From NCBI GenBank assembly GCA_037447605.1, contig CM074815.1:186001-250000 (forward strand): a stretch of 64,000 nt of DNA, in the 5' to 3' direction. This DNA comes from Zygnema circumcarinatum SAG 698-1b (Eukaryota; Plantae; Zygnematophyceae). Every line of letters begins with the position of its first letter. Positions within the stretch are counted from its first letter, which is position 1. Positions 20,712 to 42,218 of the stretch are shown here, piece by piece. Made by a program: the position numbers and the translations under genes. Under the pieces are notes generated by a model. That model saw nothing but the letters and a program-made list of their open reading frames with translations. It ran no database searches and had not been told where the DNA came from.

Positions 20712-22375
20712 TTTATTGAGGCAAGCCCTGATTGGTCAAATTCGGTGACTGGGAAGAAAGTGGGGGCGATCCGGAAGGTACGGCGCAAATCGCGCTCCAG
20801 AAACTTACCTAGGATAATTTATTTATATATCCTGTCGGTGTTCAACCAGAGCTGTTTATTTTGGCTGCCCGCACAAGCAAATATGGCTGGCTAGTGGCTA
20901 CCCATGCCTATGCGACAAAAATGTTATTTTTTTTCTGCCCGTGCTACCAGAGTTGTTTATTTTGGCTGCCCCTAAAACAAAAAACCACGTTTTCAACTGC
21001 AAACCAGAATAGGGAAATGATATCATCATGATGTCACTTTCTATGCCACCATTCGAACTGTCCCAATTGTCCATCCTCCAACCATAGCTCGACACGTGCA
21101 CATTTCTACACGTGGCTGATCCTCTATCGCTTATTCCCAACGGAAAGGTTCAGCGTGCCGGAAACCGTCGAGTCAAGATGAGTCAAGTTCGGTCGAACAG
21201 GGTCAAAGCGTCCACCACAGTCCGCTAACCAAAAGAGTACCGTCCCGTTCACGTTTTCCCTCTGTCCGCCGCGTGGCGCGAGAGCAAAGGCCGTACCAAA
21301 TCCAACCGTTCAGAAACGTCCAGAAGAGGGGAAGGCACCGTCCGCCAAAACGTCATACCCGTCCTCCGGAGGGATACTTATCGCCCCTCCCCCCCTTGGT
21401 CCTGCTAGTGCTCCCTCCTTGCAGAAGAAGTCCTGCTCTTGCAATACCTTTTTGTTGCTGCTGCTACTCAGTAAACGTCTGCTTTTTTTGCTGGTATTTC
21501 CGAACTTCATTCACCAATGTCTTAATGTTTCTGATGTCTCTGCGTTCCTGCATTTCTGACTGTTTAAAAATCTGCTGCATCTGCGAGGCTTGCAATATCT
21601 GTCGTAGTCTCTGCAGTTTTTGGTCCTCTTGATTTTGTTGCAGTCTCTGCTTGTTTTCTGTTCTGTTTATTTCTGTACAACCTGCAAGTAGTCTGACCTT
21701 GAGCCTTTTGCATTCTCAGTTCTAAAAAACGAGTCTAAAACTTTGGTCTGAGAACTGGCTGCTGTCTCAGACACTGCATATTTGAAGAATCTTTTCATGG
21801 TTGTAGAAATTGTTATTTTATTATTTATCTGTTGTTGTTCGAAAAGTTTGTTAGTCAAGTAGCGTTTGCCTTGCTTGAAGTGACATTTGCACTCTTTATT
21901 TTTCTAGAAAAGAATGCGGTTCCCTCTAAAAAGAATGGAACTCATGCAGCAGGAGCTTTTTTAAGTAGGGAGGAGCCCTTCCTACTCTTTCTCATTTCGC
22001 CAACCTGCATAATAAATGCACGTTTATTGAAAGTCACTTGTATCTTTTCACTTTTATTTTGTTTTAATCTTGAATGCCCGGCGCTGCATTTTCACCTACA
22101 ACTCCTGTTTTGATTTCTTTATTTCCCACCCTCCGTGCCTGGTCTGTTTGCTTGACTCCAACAGCAATGGTCTTCATTTTTCCGTGAAACTTCATGCTTC
22201 AAGTTTAATTTGAATGCTCCTCTCCTTCTTGCAGTTTTTTGAATGAACATGCTCTTTCTTTAAGAACAATGAATGAAAACTGGGTGTAGACGGTTGCAGA
22301 AATTGTTTTAGTTTCTTGTATCTTCATTAAATTTCCTTCTATTCTTTTTCTTTTTGCTGCAATGCTTTCTCAGAA

Positions 22376-30299
<7,924 letters not shown>

Positions 30300-32512
30300 G
30301 TCTGAGCGCCATTAGGGCAGCAGCCTGCTTCTCCCCGCTCTGTGGTGGATGGCCATGAAGGGCCATGCAGGTTTCTATGCCTCTGTTGGAAGCTACAGCC
30401 ACCTGTCTGCTATCGCAGGCACATTGAATGGTGAAGCGGCTATAGGAAAAGGAGGCCCTGGTCCTGGTCGATGAAAATCCGTAAAGATGGGCCGTTTGCT
30501 TGAAGTTGTACTCCAGTGCTTTGGATGTTGGCGAGCAGGCGCCACCCTCGGAGCATGGAAATAGGAATTGTTTTAAGAGATGCTGTGGTCTGGTGCGTTA
30601 CATGTAGCGATGTAGTGGTTGAGCTTCGGTGCGCGGACTTCACCAACAACATAATGCATGCATGTATGGCATGGTATGGAATGTGTGGCATGCATGGTGC
30701 AGGCCATTGCCAACTCTTTGAGCAGCGTACTTAAAAACTTTTTGCGCACGTAGAACCCCATTTTCGGTAGGGATTCTTTTTCAGTTTTGGGGCCCTTTAA
30801 GGGCCCACTTGGTTTTTCAGGTTTGGACTTTTGTACCCTCTTTTCTTTAAATGGATTAAGTTTTGGATCAGACTTCGTGAAGCAGTCTGAGCTTGAGTGC
30901 GTGTGGTCGCTCAGCTTTAAACCAACCTCGACTTGGATCGATTTGTGGCGGAATAGTGACTATGTCAGTCTTGATTTTAAGCGAAATTTTTCAGTCACAA
31001 ATATGCCTTGCTGAGAGGTCGGGGTCATACCGTTTAAGTTCAGTCAGGATTATGCCTTGCAAAAATCTATGTAAAGTCTCTATTTTTCCTGTCAGTAGAT
31101 TCACCTATTTTCCTGTTCAAAAGTACGCTCGAAAACGTGCGTAAACGAGCCTCGTTTTCTCATTTTTCTCTCCGTACAACGAATAGAAATCAAGACATGA
31201 AGTACCTTTTCCTTCCTTCGAGTGAATACCCTGACATCCAACGTTTTTCCTCCCCAGTACCAGAGCTCGAATTTGGAAGCACACTAAGGGTCTTTTGCGC
31301 CTTTCGTTCAAATTCGGCTCCTTCAGTAGCGGCAATGTGGGCGCTTGTTCCATGTTCTTCACAGGTCTGTTACAGTTAACGCTACGCTTCACACCTCAGC
31401 GAAAGGCCCCGTTCTCAATGCACTGAATCCGAGGTTCGTGTAGGACCGGACTCGCACATAGAACGGGTTTGTACAGTGCAAGGTACAATCTCGTACGATT
31501 TCGTACACATTCACTCCTTGAACCGTACGGTTCTTTTTAGGGTTTGCGCTGCACTTTTCCAGTTTTCCCGCATAGTGAGTGTCGTCGCTGAAGGACTCCG
31601 AGGTTAGAAGTATCACATTATGAAGTGGTGAAAGGAAATGGAATTAAAGTGAAATTAAAAGTGGAAGTGGGTGGAATGTTGATTAAAATCTGCTTATGTG
31701 CAGATGTGGGTTGACTTAAAGAGTACGTGGTTCTGCAGCCTTTGCATTATTAAAAAACTGGGCATTTGGAATATGTTGTGATCTGAGGTTCCCTTTTTAC
31801 CACTCTTTTTTTCTTAGTATTTTATTACTTTTTTTGAACTTTCATTGGAGAGGGGAAGAGTGAGAAGGGGGGGAAGGGGGAGCGAGGGAGAGAGGTGGGA
31901 GGGGGAGAGAGGGAGAGAGGGGGGAGGGAGGGGGAGGGGAAGGTTTGATGGGGTAGCACAACGGTTATATAAGGAGAGGAGGAGTGGGGAGGGAGGGGAG
32001 GGGGTAGGGAGAAAGAATGGGAGAGAGGAAGGGCGGGAGAGGGAGAGGGAGAGGGAGAGGAAGAGGGAGAGGGAGAGGTAGAGGGAGAGGGAGAGGGGAA
32101 GTGGAGAAAGGATAGGGACGAGGGGGAAAGTTCGGAAGGAAGTAGAGTAAGAATGAGTGAGGGAAGGGAATGGAGTGCATGAGGGAAGTAGGGGAGTTGA
32201 AAGGGGAGAGAGAGTGAGCGAGAGAGAGAGAGTGAGCGAGAGAGAGAGAGTGAGCGAGAGAGAGAGAGTGAGAGAGAGAGAGAGAGAGAGAGGGAGCTTT
32301 CAAGCTTTAGTCGAATGGAGAGATTCGAGTGAGGATATCACTTATAACTACTCAAAACAAAGCTTTCATCTTGTTTTAGTGTATTTTTTTGTCGTTTTTA
32401 TTCTCTTTTGCAACTCTTTCGTCAGAGAATTTATGGCACATTTTTTTTATATTTTGTCTTAAGCTTGGACATGCAGGTTTGAAATTCATACTTTTTGGAA
32501 CCTTGAAATCTC

Positions 32513-35500
32513 ATGGAAAGTCCCGCAGCTTCAATTTCGACTCCAAAAAACGACCTAGGAATGGAAAATGTGAATAATGTGGAGCACGACGGCAACGTAA
32601 GATCTGCTATTAATAAAGATGTCGGAGAACATGGACGGGTTGTGAAGGATGTCGGAACAGAGAGCGAACTGAACTTGGATCAAAGCCATGTGAAGGGAAA
32701 GATATCAAGCTCTCCTGTTCAACTGAAACAGAGGAGTACGACCACATGTGAAGAGCCTGCCATGGAAAGCATCGAAAAGCAAAGTGATTTACGGCAGGAA
32801 GTGAGAACCGTCCAAGCTGAGAAGGAGGAAGGGTGTGAGAGAGAGGAGGCAGTTAAAGACAGGGTGGGAGAGGAGCGGGGCGTGGGAAAGAAGGCAGTGG
32901 GAGAGGAAGAGGGAATGGAAGGAGAAGCGGGAGAGCGAGAAGGTTTGGTCGACGGACAGACAGGGGTAGAGGCAGGGAGAGAGGCAGGAGGAGAAGGGGA
33001 TAGGGTGGGAGAGGTAGAAGGGAATTGGCATTGTCTGGAAGAGCGGGATTATGGTATCCATGGATGTGGAGAGGGGGGCTATGGATGTGTACAGTGTGGG
33101 GTGATCAATGGTAATTCTTGCACCGGTAGCCCCAATGGTGAGATAGAGGCGGTGTGTGGGAGGAACTGTTGCAACGTTCATAGGAACATGCAGATAAGGT
33201 TCTATCCGAGCAGCCTAGTGTCCAGAGATGTGGATGAAGTGTATTGTGACCACGGAGAGGAAGCGGTAGAAGGAGAAGGAGAGGCTATGGATGAAGGAGG
33301 ATGTAAGGGAAGAATGTATCATCCGCGAAATTCAGGAAGAGCAGGATATGTGGTCGACAATCCATACAGGAAAGTGTATTTGTCGAAGAGAGAGAGAGAG
33401 AAAAGTCCGGAGAAGGGAGAGACATGGAATGGATTAAAGCCATATGAGGACGATCCATACGCTTCAGATCCGGAGGAGTGGGACAGAGGAGCTGCTTCAA
33501 AGGATGTGGCAGGGAAGGAGGGAGGGCAGGGAGGAGGAGAGCACCAGTCTTCTAAGAAGGCAAAGGAAGGAGGGAGGAAGAGAGGAGAGGGAGGAGGAAG
33601 GAGAGGGAGCGGTTCTGCGCAGAAGAAGGGAGGAACACCTCAGGGAAAGTCCAAAAGAACAAAAACTTTGGTGGGGCTCTATGAAGACGAGGAACCAAAA
33701 AGGAAGAGACTGAAGGTGGGAACCCTGAAAGGTTGAAAACCTTAGTTCGTAGCATTCATTTCTTGGCTTTGAAAACTACTCATCAACTTGTAGAGGAAGA
33801 AATGAACCCTCTACCCTTAAGCTCTAACAACTTCAATATCAAAAGGCACTATAGTCATAGAACTCTTGGCTTCCTCGTCTTGTCTGTTCTATCATACCTT
33901 ATGTTACGGTTATGGTTAATTATGGTTAGTCGTTCTGGTTGTTGGAGCAACGCAGGTGCCGGATGAGGAAGAGTGTGAAGAGAAAGCGAATATTGAGCCG
34001 CAGCTTTATTCATTCCTCTCGGATTCGGGTGAATGGGGCAAATTGAGATGGAAGGGAAAAGTCCATCAAGGATTTTGCAATTTGTTGAGAACTATGCACA
34101 AAGAACGGCCGGAAAATCTTTCCGAGCTGCGGAATTTTATCACAGGAACGCGAGCGTTGCCGGTAGAGAAGCTGCATACAGTCAATAATGCAACTTTGCA
34201 GGTAAGGAGTGGGGGAGGTGGGGCAAGGAATGGGAGGGAGCGAGAAGGAAGGAAAGGGGGGGAGAGGGAGTGAGGAGAAGAGAGGGAGTGAGGCAGATAG
34301 AGGAGAAGACTGGCAAAAGGTGAGAGAGGAGTAGGAGAGAAGAGGTGGACGGAGAGGGTGATGCGTGGAGTGGTGAGGGAGAAGAGCAGAGGGAGGGAGA
34401 AGCGAGGAGAGGGGAAGAAGGGGAGAGGGAGGGTGGGTGGGGGGGAGCTGCAGGAAGTAGAAAGATACAAGGAATTGAGAGGGGAAGGGAGGGAAAGGAT
34501 AGGTAGTGGAAGTACTAGGGGAGTTATTTTCCACTGCAAATCTAAAGCACCAAAACTCTTTTGAAAAACGTCAACACCCTGAACATTCTTGAACCCCTAA
34601 ACTTGCTTCTCTGTGGATCAGGTGTTTGTTTCAATACTTGGAGATAAACCGGCAAAATATGAGTACACGAAGGAGTATCTTTTGGAAAGTTATGTTCGAC
34701 TTCAACCGTGGAATTACATTGGGCCAAACCCTGAAAGTCCAAACCTCAAAAGCTCCAAGTCTCCAGCAAATTCTAAAAGCTCAAAAGAGAGAAACGACGG
34801 GTCTCATCCTTCTGAAACTTCAAAAAAGAAAGGGGAATCTACAGATGCTTTGGCTCTTGTTCCATGGGGAAAGCCAATTGAGGAAATTCCTGTAACTGGG
34901 GAATCATGTGACGAGGCCGGTATTCTAACAGGAGAGGTAGCTGTAACTGCAGAAGGAAGGGATCAAGGAGCAGTAGTGAGAGGCGGTGTGGGGTCTACCG
35001 AAAGAGGAGAGGGAGGGAGCAGGGTGCGTGAGGCAGACGGAGAGGGAGAAGGAGCGGGAGCGGGTGAGGGAGAGGCGGCGAGAGAGGGAGTGGGAGAAGG
35101 AGCGGGAGACGGTGGGGGAGGTAGAGTGGGAGAGGCAGTTGGAGAGGGCGTGGGAAAGGGAGAGGGCGAGGTTAAAGGGAGCGTGAAGAGAGAGAGGAAG
35201 AGGAAGAGATCAAGCGGTACAAGTAGGAGGAGAGGAAGGGGGACGAGGAAGGTAAGGGGAAGTGGAACAGGTAAGAGAAAGGGGAAGGGTGTAAGTAATG
35301 AAGAAACGGGTCCAAATGTAGGAATGGAGGTAGGAGGAGAAGCAGCTACAGTGGACTCTGAAAAGGTAGGGGTCCAGGAAGGTGCACCTTTGTCCCAAAA
35401 ACCCCAAGTTCTCAAAACTTCTGAAATTGTCAAAGAACCGACTTCTCGGAGACAGGAGGTAGAGGGAGGGAGTGATGAAGGAATGGGCATGGAGTTGATT

Positions 35501-36937
35501 CTTCATCCTGTGAAGATGGAAGCGAGGGAGAAGACAATTGCAAATTTGGGGTCCGATGTAAGCCCTGAAAACATGATTTCGAGTGCTGTAGGGAGTGGGA
35601 GAGGGAAGGAAGGCTCTCTCAGTGAGGCAGAAGTCGCAGATTTCTGCCTTCCCTTTGCCATGGAGACAGCAGCTTTACAGGAGATAGCCGGAACTCTCAC
35701 TGTAGTTCCAATATGTGAAGAGAAAGATATTGTGGAGGCTCCATCAGTAACGGAATCTGTAAAAGATGGGCCTGATTTGAAGAAAAAGTTGGCAAAAGCA
35801 GTCCAGTCGGCATCTCCCAGGACTCCTTTTAAGCCCCATGAGTTGCCCACTTTTGGGTCCGTTCACACTATGCGAACACGAAGGTCCGGAACTCTCACAC
35901 ACATTGGGCTGCTAAGTCCTCCAAGCCGGAGAAAATTGAGTAAAGAGGCAGTGAATGATGGGCAGATGAACGGAGTAAGTGGGAAGGGGGGGCCGGAAGA
36001 GGCCCTAGTGGGGGAGAGAGAGGAGAAGGAAGTGGGGAAGGGAGTGGGAGTGGGAGAGGCGGGAGAGGGAGCGGTAGCGGGAGAGAGTGCAGCTGTTGGA
36101 TGGGAGACAATCGCTGTGGTTGTTGTACCTCAAAGTCATTTGGCGCATGAGGGGAGTCAGGTGGAAGCTACTGATTTGAAGAGGTCTAAGAGTTCAAGGA
36201 ATTCTAGAAACTCTAGAACCCCTAGAAGCTCTAAGAAACGGAGAAAATCGAGAAATGCGAAGAATGCAAAGGAGGTGGTGGAATTTGCTTCTGAGGGAAA
36301 AGCGGACGGCGGATTAGAAGGGAAGGACGAGGGTGGGGAGAATCAAGCAGGAAAAGTCGAAGGGGAGCTGGTAAAGGGGAGATCTCTTGATGTGGTTTCA
36401 GGGTTGAGGAGTGAGGGAGAGCAGCAGGAGAAAGAGAAGGAGTTTCTTGAAGCGAGTGAAGGCGACCGGGAAGATGGGTGGGAGAACGAAGCTTCCGGGA
36501 AGGTGGACTTCCTTCAAGTGCTGAGCCTCCGGGCGGTAGGAAGAGCCAACCAGTGGGCAGTGAAGGAGAGAGGGAAATCCGTACAAGAGGAGAGAAGCGC
36601 AGAAGCTGCTAAAGAAGCCGCGGAATTGGCCCTACGGAATGCGAAGGAGGCTCTGAAGGAGGCAGAGAGTGCAGCCGAAAGGGCTAAGGGGCAGCTGCAG
36701 AGCATAGAGAGAGGGAGGAAGGAGAGAGTGGAGAGAGTGGGAGAGCTGGTTAAGGAGTGCAGAGAGGCGGACACTTTGTATGGGAGGCTGGTAGAGGACC
36801 TTGCAGGTCTGCAGGGAGACAGCAGCCGGCAGGGGATGGCGCTGCAGAGGGCGGCTTTCAAGGCGATGGGGGAGGCCTTTGACACGAAGGAACAGAAGCT
36901 GGCGGCGCTCAAGCAGCTGATAAGGGAGTGGAAGTGA
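32513..36937 (+). CDS. Hypothetical protein, ~1254 aa, mostly G/E-rich low complexity, with a small central folded-looking region and a C-terminal coiled coil
   Basis: Three phase-0 exons, 32513-33715, 33956-34201 and 34622-36937, joined by canonical GT-AG introns; long stop-free frames. Basic NLS-like clusters (PKRKRLK, KRERKRKR, KKRRKSR). No family recognised; start codon not independently supported. Confidence 0.7.
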
Positions 36938-37556
36938 GGAAGAGGAGAGTGGGAGGGAGGGAGAGGGGGGAGTAGGAAGTAGGGGAGGAGAGAAAAAGGG
37001 GCTACGCGGGAATAAAATCAGGGAGGGCGAGGGGAGAGGGAAGTGGGTGAGGGGGTTGGGGAGATGGGGAGGGGAGAAAGAGAGGGAGGGAGAGGCAACT
37101 GGGCGAGAGGGAGAGAGGGGACGGGGAGGGAGTAAGGGAGGATGTGTAGAAATTGCTTTTGGACGTGTTGAGGTTACGGTGATTAGCTTAGATGGATTGA
37201 ACTTGTTGTAAAGGAAGGTTCCCGGAGGGGTTCTACGGAAATATATTTCCGTGGACTGTTTGTACGGTACAATTCAAGACATTTTTTTTTTGGGAGATTG
37301 TGGACTTCTGGGGTTTTTCGGTTCTGGAGTTTAGGTCATAACAACAAATTTTGCAATTTATAGTCAACCTTTCGACCAAGTCATCCTGCTAAATCCTGCT
37401 GCTAATGTTATCATAACCGATACCACTAACTACTCCCAGCCCTTTTATTCTCAGCCATCAAGGCACAAAAAACAACTGAAAAGTATGGCTAATTTTGGAA
37501 GGAACAATGACTAAGCTAACACTAAATGCCGAAACCTAAGCCTTGAACTCTACAAT

Positions 37557-39160
37557 TCATGAGAAGGAAACATCCACATCGACTTCCAAATTCATTTCAT
37601 CAAAGCTAACAGAAATATTTGCACATTGAGCCCTCCTCCCAAGCAGGACTGGGGTGCTGAGGAGGCGCACTCCCTGCCTGCTCACTTGCGGGCCCTCTCC
37701 ACCTGCGCACGCAACGCGTGCAAACAAGAAGCATTCGGGAGAAGGGACAGAGAGTGGGAAGGAGGGAGGGAGGGAGATGAGGGAGGGAAAGGGAGGGAGG
37801 GAGGGAGCGAGGGAGGGAGCGAGGGAGGGAGGGAGCGAGGGAGGGAGGGAGGGAGAGGGGGAGGGAGCAATTTCATAACGCTCTTTCATAGATGTAACTG
37901 CAATAGTGATAGAGGTTACGAATCAAGACACTCTTTAGGCTTCTCTCCCCCTCTCCCTCTCTCTCAACACGCAATTCCAATTTGTACTTATAAGCTAATT
38001 TCTTGTCCATCTCTGCTCCCATGTACCCCTTGAACCTTGACCGACTTCCTCTCTCACCCTTTCAACCAAACCATTCCACCTTTCCTCCCTCCCGTGCAGC
38101 TCACCTTCAGTAGGCCTCCCGGAAACAAGGAGAGAGTCGTCGTTCTTAAGGAGCCGCCAATCCAACCACAACACTATCGCATGGCACCACCCTCTCCTTG
38201 TAATTGGCACCTGGCAAAAGAGCAATAGTAGTGCAACCCCATTACTGCCAACATCACGATTATCACAAGGCCTTCTCTCCCTCTCTCCCTCTCTCCAACG
38301 CTCCCACTCCCTCAATCCCTGTCACTCTCTCCCCGTCCTCCTCTCCGTCTCTCCCTCCCCTTCTCACGCTATCTCCCTCTCTCCCTCTACAAACTATTCC
38401 CCTTTCTCTCACTGGCCTGCACACCCCTCCCTCCTCCCAATCCTCCTCCATAATCTAGATAGGAAGGCCTAGTGAGGTTTTGCTTGCAATTTGAACGGTC
38501 TAAGTTCCGCATAAAGAGGTGGTTCTGTGCATGTGTATGATATATGCTCACATTCAAATCGGCTTGAAGAAGAATTGGATCCGTTGACATCTCAAATGTT
38601 AGCAGTGAAAAGTGGTCGCTTAGTTCCTGCTCAGCACGAATGGGAGACAGAGCGGCACAAAGGGGAAAAGGGAGAGAGAGACGAAGTGGAGGGAGGGAAG
38701 AAGAGAGAGAGAGAGAGCGAGAGAGAGAGAAAGCGAGAAAGAGAGAGAGAGAGAGAGAAGAGGGAGGTAGAGAGAGAAAGGCACAGAAACAATAAATGGA
38801 AATTCGGCAACAGCTTCATATTCTTCTATCGAGCTCATGAATCCAAAATGTATCGAAGCAGAAAATCCAAATCTTTAGCTTCACGTTTGCTAAATTTGGA
38901 GGTAAACGAAACCATTTTTTTACAATTTCTGGGTCAATTCTCACTTCATATCTTCCACACTGCCACACAGAACGTGGCAGGAAAGAATTTGAAAAGCCGC
39001 CGACTGCTCCCAAAATTTGGTTTGCCACACGGTGGTCAAAGCCTATCACGTCATCGATAGCTCGCCGGCTTTTCCAAAGGTCCTGAGAGAGAGTGGGAGA
39101 GGGAGAGGGAGAGGGAGCGAGGGAGTGGGAGAGGGAGAGGGAGAGGGAGCGAGGGAGTGG

Positions 39161-39204
<44 letters not shown>

Positions 39205-42170
39205 CGTTTCAGGTGAGATGCTGCTTAACTTTGCGTATACAAACTGTTCAAAAATCCCCACTACAAAACAGGAAAGGAACGCAACTACGACATGTCAAAG
39301 AATATTTTAAATATCCTGCAGCAGAATTTTCGTTTTCTTTAACTTCAAATAAAAAATTCCTGAGTTTATGGTGAGATTTGAAGGGAAGATTCTGACTGGG
39401 AGCGATACGAGCACTCCTCTCAGAACTGCCCCAAAAGGAATGATGTCGCCGCCCGCCGCGAGGTGATGACGAAGCGCGCTGACGTCATGCCTGCCCGAAA
39501 AAGTGGGCAGGTCCCAAAAACATTGTCGAGAAAAGCATTCTCAAACGAACATTCTCATCAATCAAAGAGGAGAGAAGGATTAGCTCGAGGTGAAGTTCGC
39601 ATTTCGCGGAATTTTGAATGGGAGTGATGGGAAGTATCACCATGCAAGAATTGGCCTTTAGGGATTTGAAGTTTTCTCTCTTAAAACTATTAGTTTTTAG
39701 TGTCTTTTTTTTAAGAGTTAGGTCTTTCAGGAAGTAAAGTCTGACCAGAAACGGAGGGCTTTCCATGGAAGCGAGGCTTCACTGAGTTGATAGTACGGCT
39801 CGGCCATTAATATGTGCACCTGTGAGGCAGGGTGAGGGAGGGAGGGAGGGAGGGAGGGAGGGAGAGAGGGAGGTAGAAGCCGGTGAGGGATGAGGAAGTT
39901 GGCCATAGACAGGGTGAGAGGAAGGGAGGGGGGAGGACGGAACGAGAGAGAGGAAGAGAGGAAGAGAGGAAAGGGAAGGGGGGGAGGAAAAGGGGCAACG
40001 GAGGGAGAGGTAGAGGTAAGGAGGGAGGGGGAGAGGGAGGGAGGGAGGGAGGGAGGATGAGAGAGGCACTGGGGATGTCCCAAGCGTGAGAGAGTAAAAA
40101 AATTACCTTTCTGTCCTGCAGGTCATCTGACGTGACATCTGTCGCACCCTTTTGAAGAATATTTGCGCTGATTCTGAAGGCCATTTTTTCGTCCTTTCTC
40201 GTATTTAGATAGGAGGATTTCTCCCCAGAATTGACCGAATTAACCGACTTAACCAAAGAAGCTGAATTAACCGTATTACTCAAGTTAACGAAATTTATCG
40301 AATTTTCTAAAAGGTATTTGCCACAGAGACCGAGTCCCGGGAGAAGGGCCGTAATTGAAGCTTCATTCGATCCCTTATTCGAAATATTCGAATTCAAAAA
40401 AATTGAGTTTGTCATACTGGGAAGAAGAAGGCTGTCATCTGTGAAGAGAAAATGTGGAGATGTGAAATTTTCCAGCTGCCCATAACAAGACAAAAAAAAA
40501 GAAAGGCAATAGCCAATGAAAACATATCAAAATAAGATAAAGATTTTTTTATAGTTTTTGATGATGGTTTATTCCCAAAATCTAGTTTCAGACAATAAAC
40601 TGAAATTGCAGATTTTTGATAAGCTTTGTCTCTCACCGTTTTTTCAATTGTTGTCTTTAAAATTTCTCGCAATTTCCGACTCCCCATTGCTAAAATTCTC
40701 TCCGGTTTAACTTTTAGCATTTTGGGCCCCTCCTGTCCTCCGAAACGGACCCGTTCTATGTGCAGCATCTCACCCTCCAGTTTCAGTTCCGTATTTCCGT
40801 CAAACTGCCCGTGACTCTGACCCTCTCCCTTCTCCTTCTCCCCTCCACTCCCTCCCACTCTCTCATCAAGTATAATATTTACCAATGTAGCCCCTTCTCT
40901 CGCCTTAATTTCTTCCTCTTTCAGACCCAAATTTGCCCCTTTTCCCACACATCCTTCTCCAGATCCAACTTTTTCACTTTCCCTCAAAACACATTCTACC
41001 CCATAGCGTATGCTGACGTCATCGTGCTGAGCTGTCACCACCATATTGCGCCACGTGGACACATGACAGCCGTTTCCGGGAAGAAACGCAATGCATTGTC
41101 GCCAGTGGTCCCGCCATGCTGAGCTGGCGCAACCTGATTGGCCGGCGCCTTCCAGCATGGTTTCTTGATTGGTTGAAATGTTGTTCTCTGTTTGGAAGCT
41201 ATTGGAAGATTTGACCCACAAGGGAGCAGTGGAATATTGAAGAGATCCTTCTTCATCTAAATTGAGAACCCACCTGCATTGAACAGAGGGAGCACGAGTG
41301 AGAGAGGGAGAGGTAGGGGGAGAGGTAGAGAGGTGTAGTGAGAGTGGGAGAGAGCGAGAGTGGGAGAGAGCGAGAGTGGGAGAGAGAGTGAGAGGAACTG
41401 TTGAAGAGATGGAGAAGAGGAGGGAAGGAGGGTGAAAGGAGATAAGGAAAACGGGAGAAGAGGACAAGAGGGTGAGGAGAGAGAGAGAGAGAGAGGGAAA
41501 TGAAAGCGTGACTGTATGTGAGAGAGAGATATGACCTGCCAAAGAATCCGAGCGACAGAGTAGATGAGGCAGAAGAGAGGAGGGAGAAGGAGAGGGAGGG
41601 AGTGAGGGGGAAAGTGTGTGTGTGAGAGAGAGAGAAGGAGATGGTAGAGAAGAGCCTTTTCTCCCTTACCACGATATGATGGCATGTGCTTGTCCATCTT
41701 GAATCACCTTGACTTCACTTTTAACTTTTCTGTCACCCATTGGCGGAGTGGTGAAGTCAAATGTAAACACTTCAAAGGGCTCGCTCAGCTGCAAAATACC
41801 CCAATAGAGGGGGAAAAAAAGGGTAGGAAACAAAGAAAGCAAAAAAAACGCTACATTGTGATACTTGTATCCATTTCCTTTTTGTCAAAATGTTGAATAA
41901 CATTATTATGATTCAAAAAAGAGTTATCGCTCGAGAGAGGGAGAGAGGGAGAGAGGGAGAGAGGGGAGCACCAATTTCAAATGATCCTTGAGAGGATCTA
42001 CATGGACAGCCCACTGTGATGGCACGTGGCAACCCTCAAGAATGCCACGTGGCACCAATCGCAGCTCGTCTGGTAGTTCAGATTCGATGCCGTTGAGATC
42101 GTGACATCGCCGGAGAAAGGAACTTTCAACAACCTGCGCATAAAAGGGCACCTTGAGAGAGAGAGATAGC

Positions 42171-42218
<48 letters not shown>

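Noticed and set aside
20845-20971. 26-bp direct repeat ACCAGAG(C/T)TGTTTATTTTGGCTGCCC, two copies 101 bp apart
   Set aside because: Only two copies, with no element boundaries or TSD logic identified; probably a local duplication.
21465-21800. Gln/Lys-rich coiled-coil-looking minus-strand frames (possible retroelement ORF1 relic)
   Set aside because: Short, broken across frames, no RT/gag motifs; readily explained as the antisense of T/C-rich leader-intron sequence of LACS.
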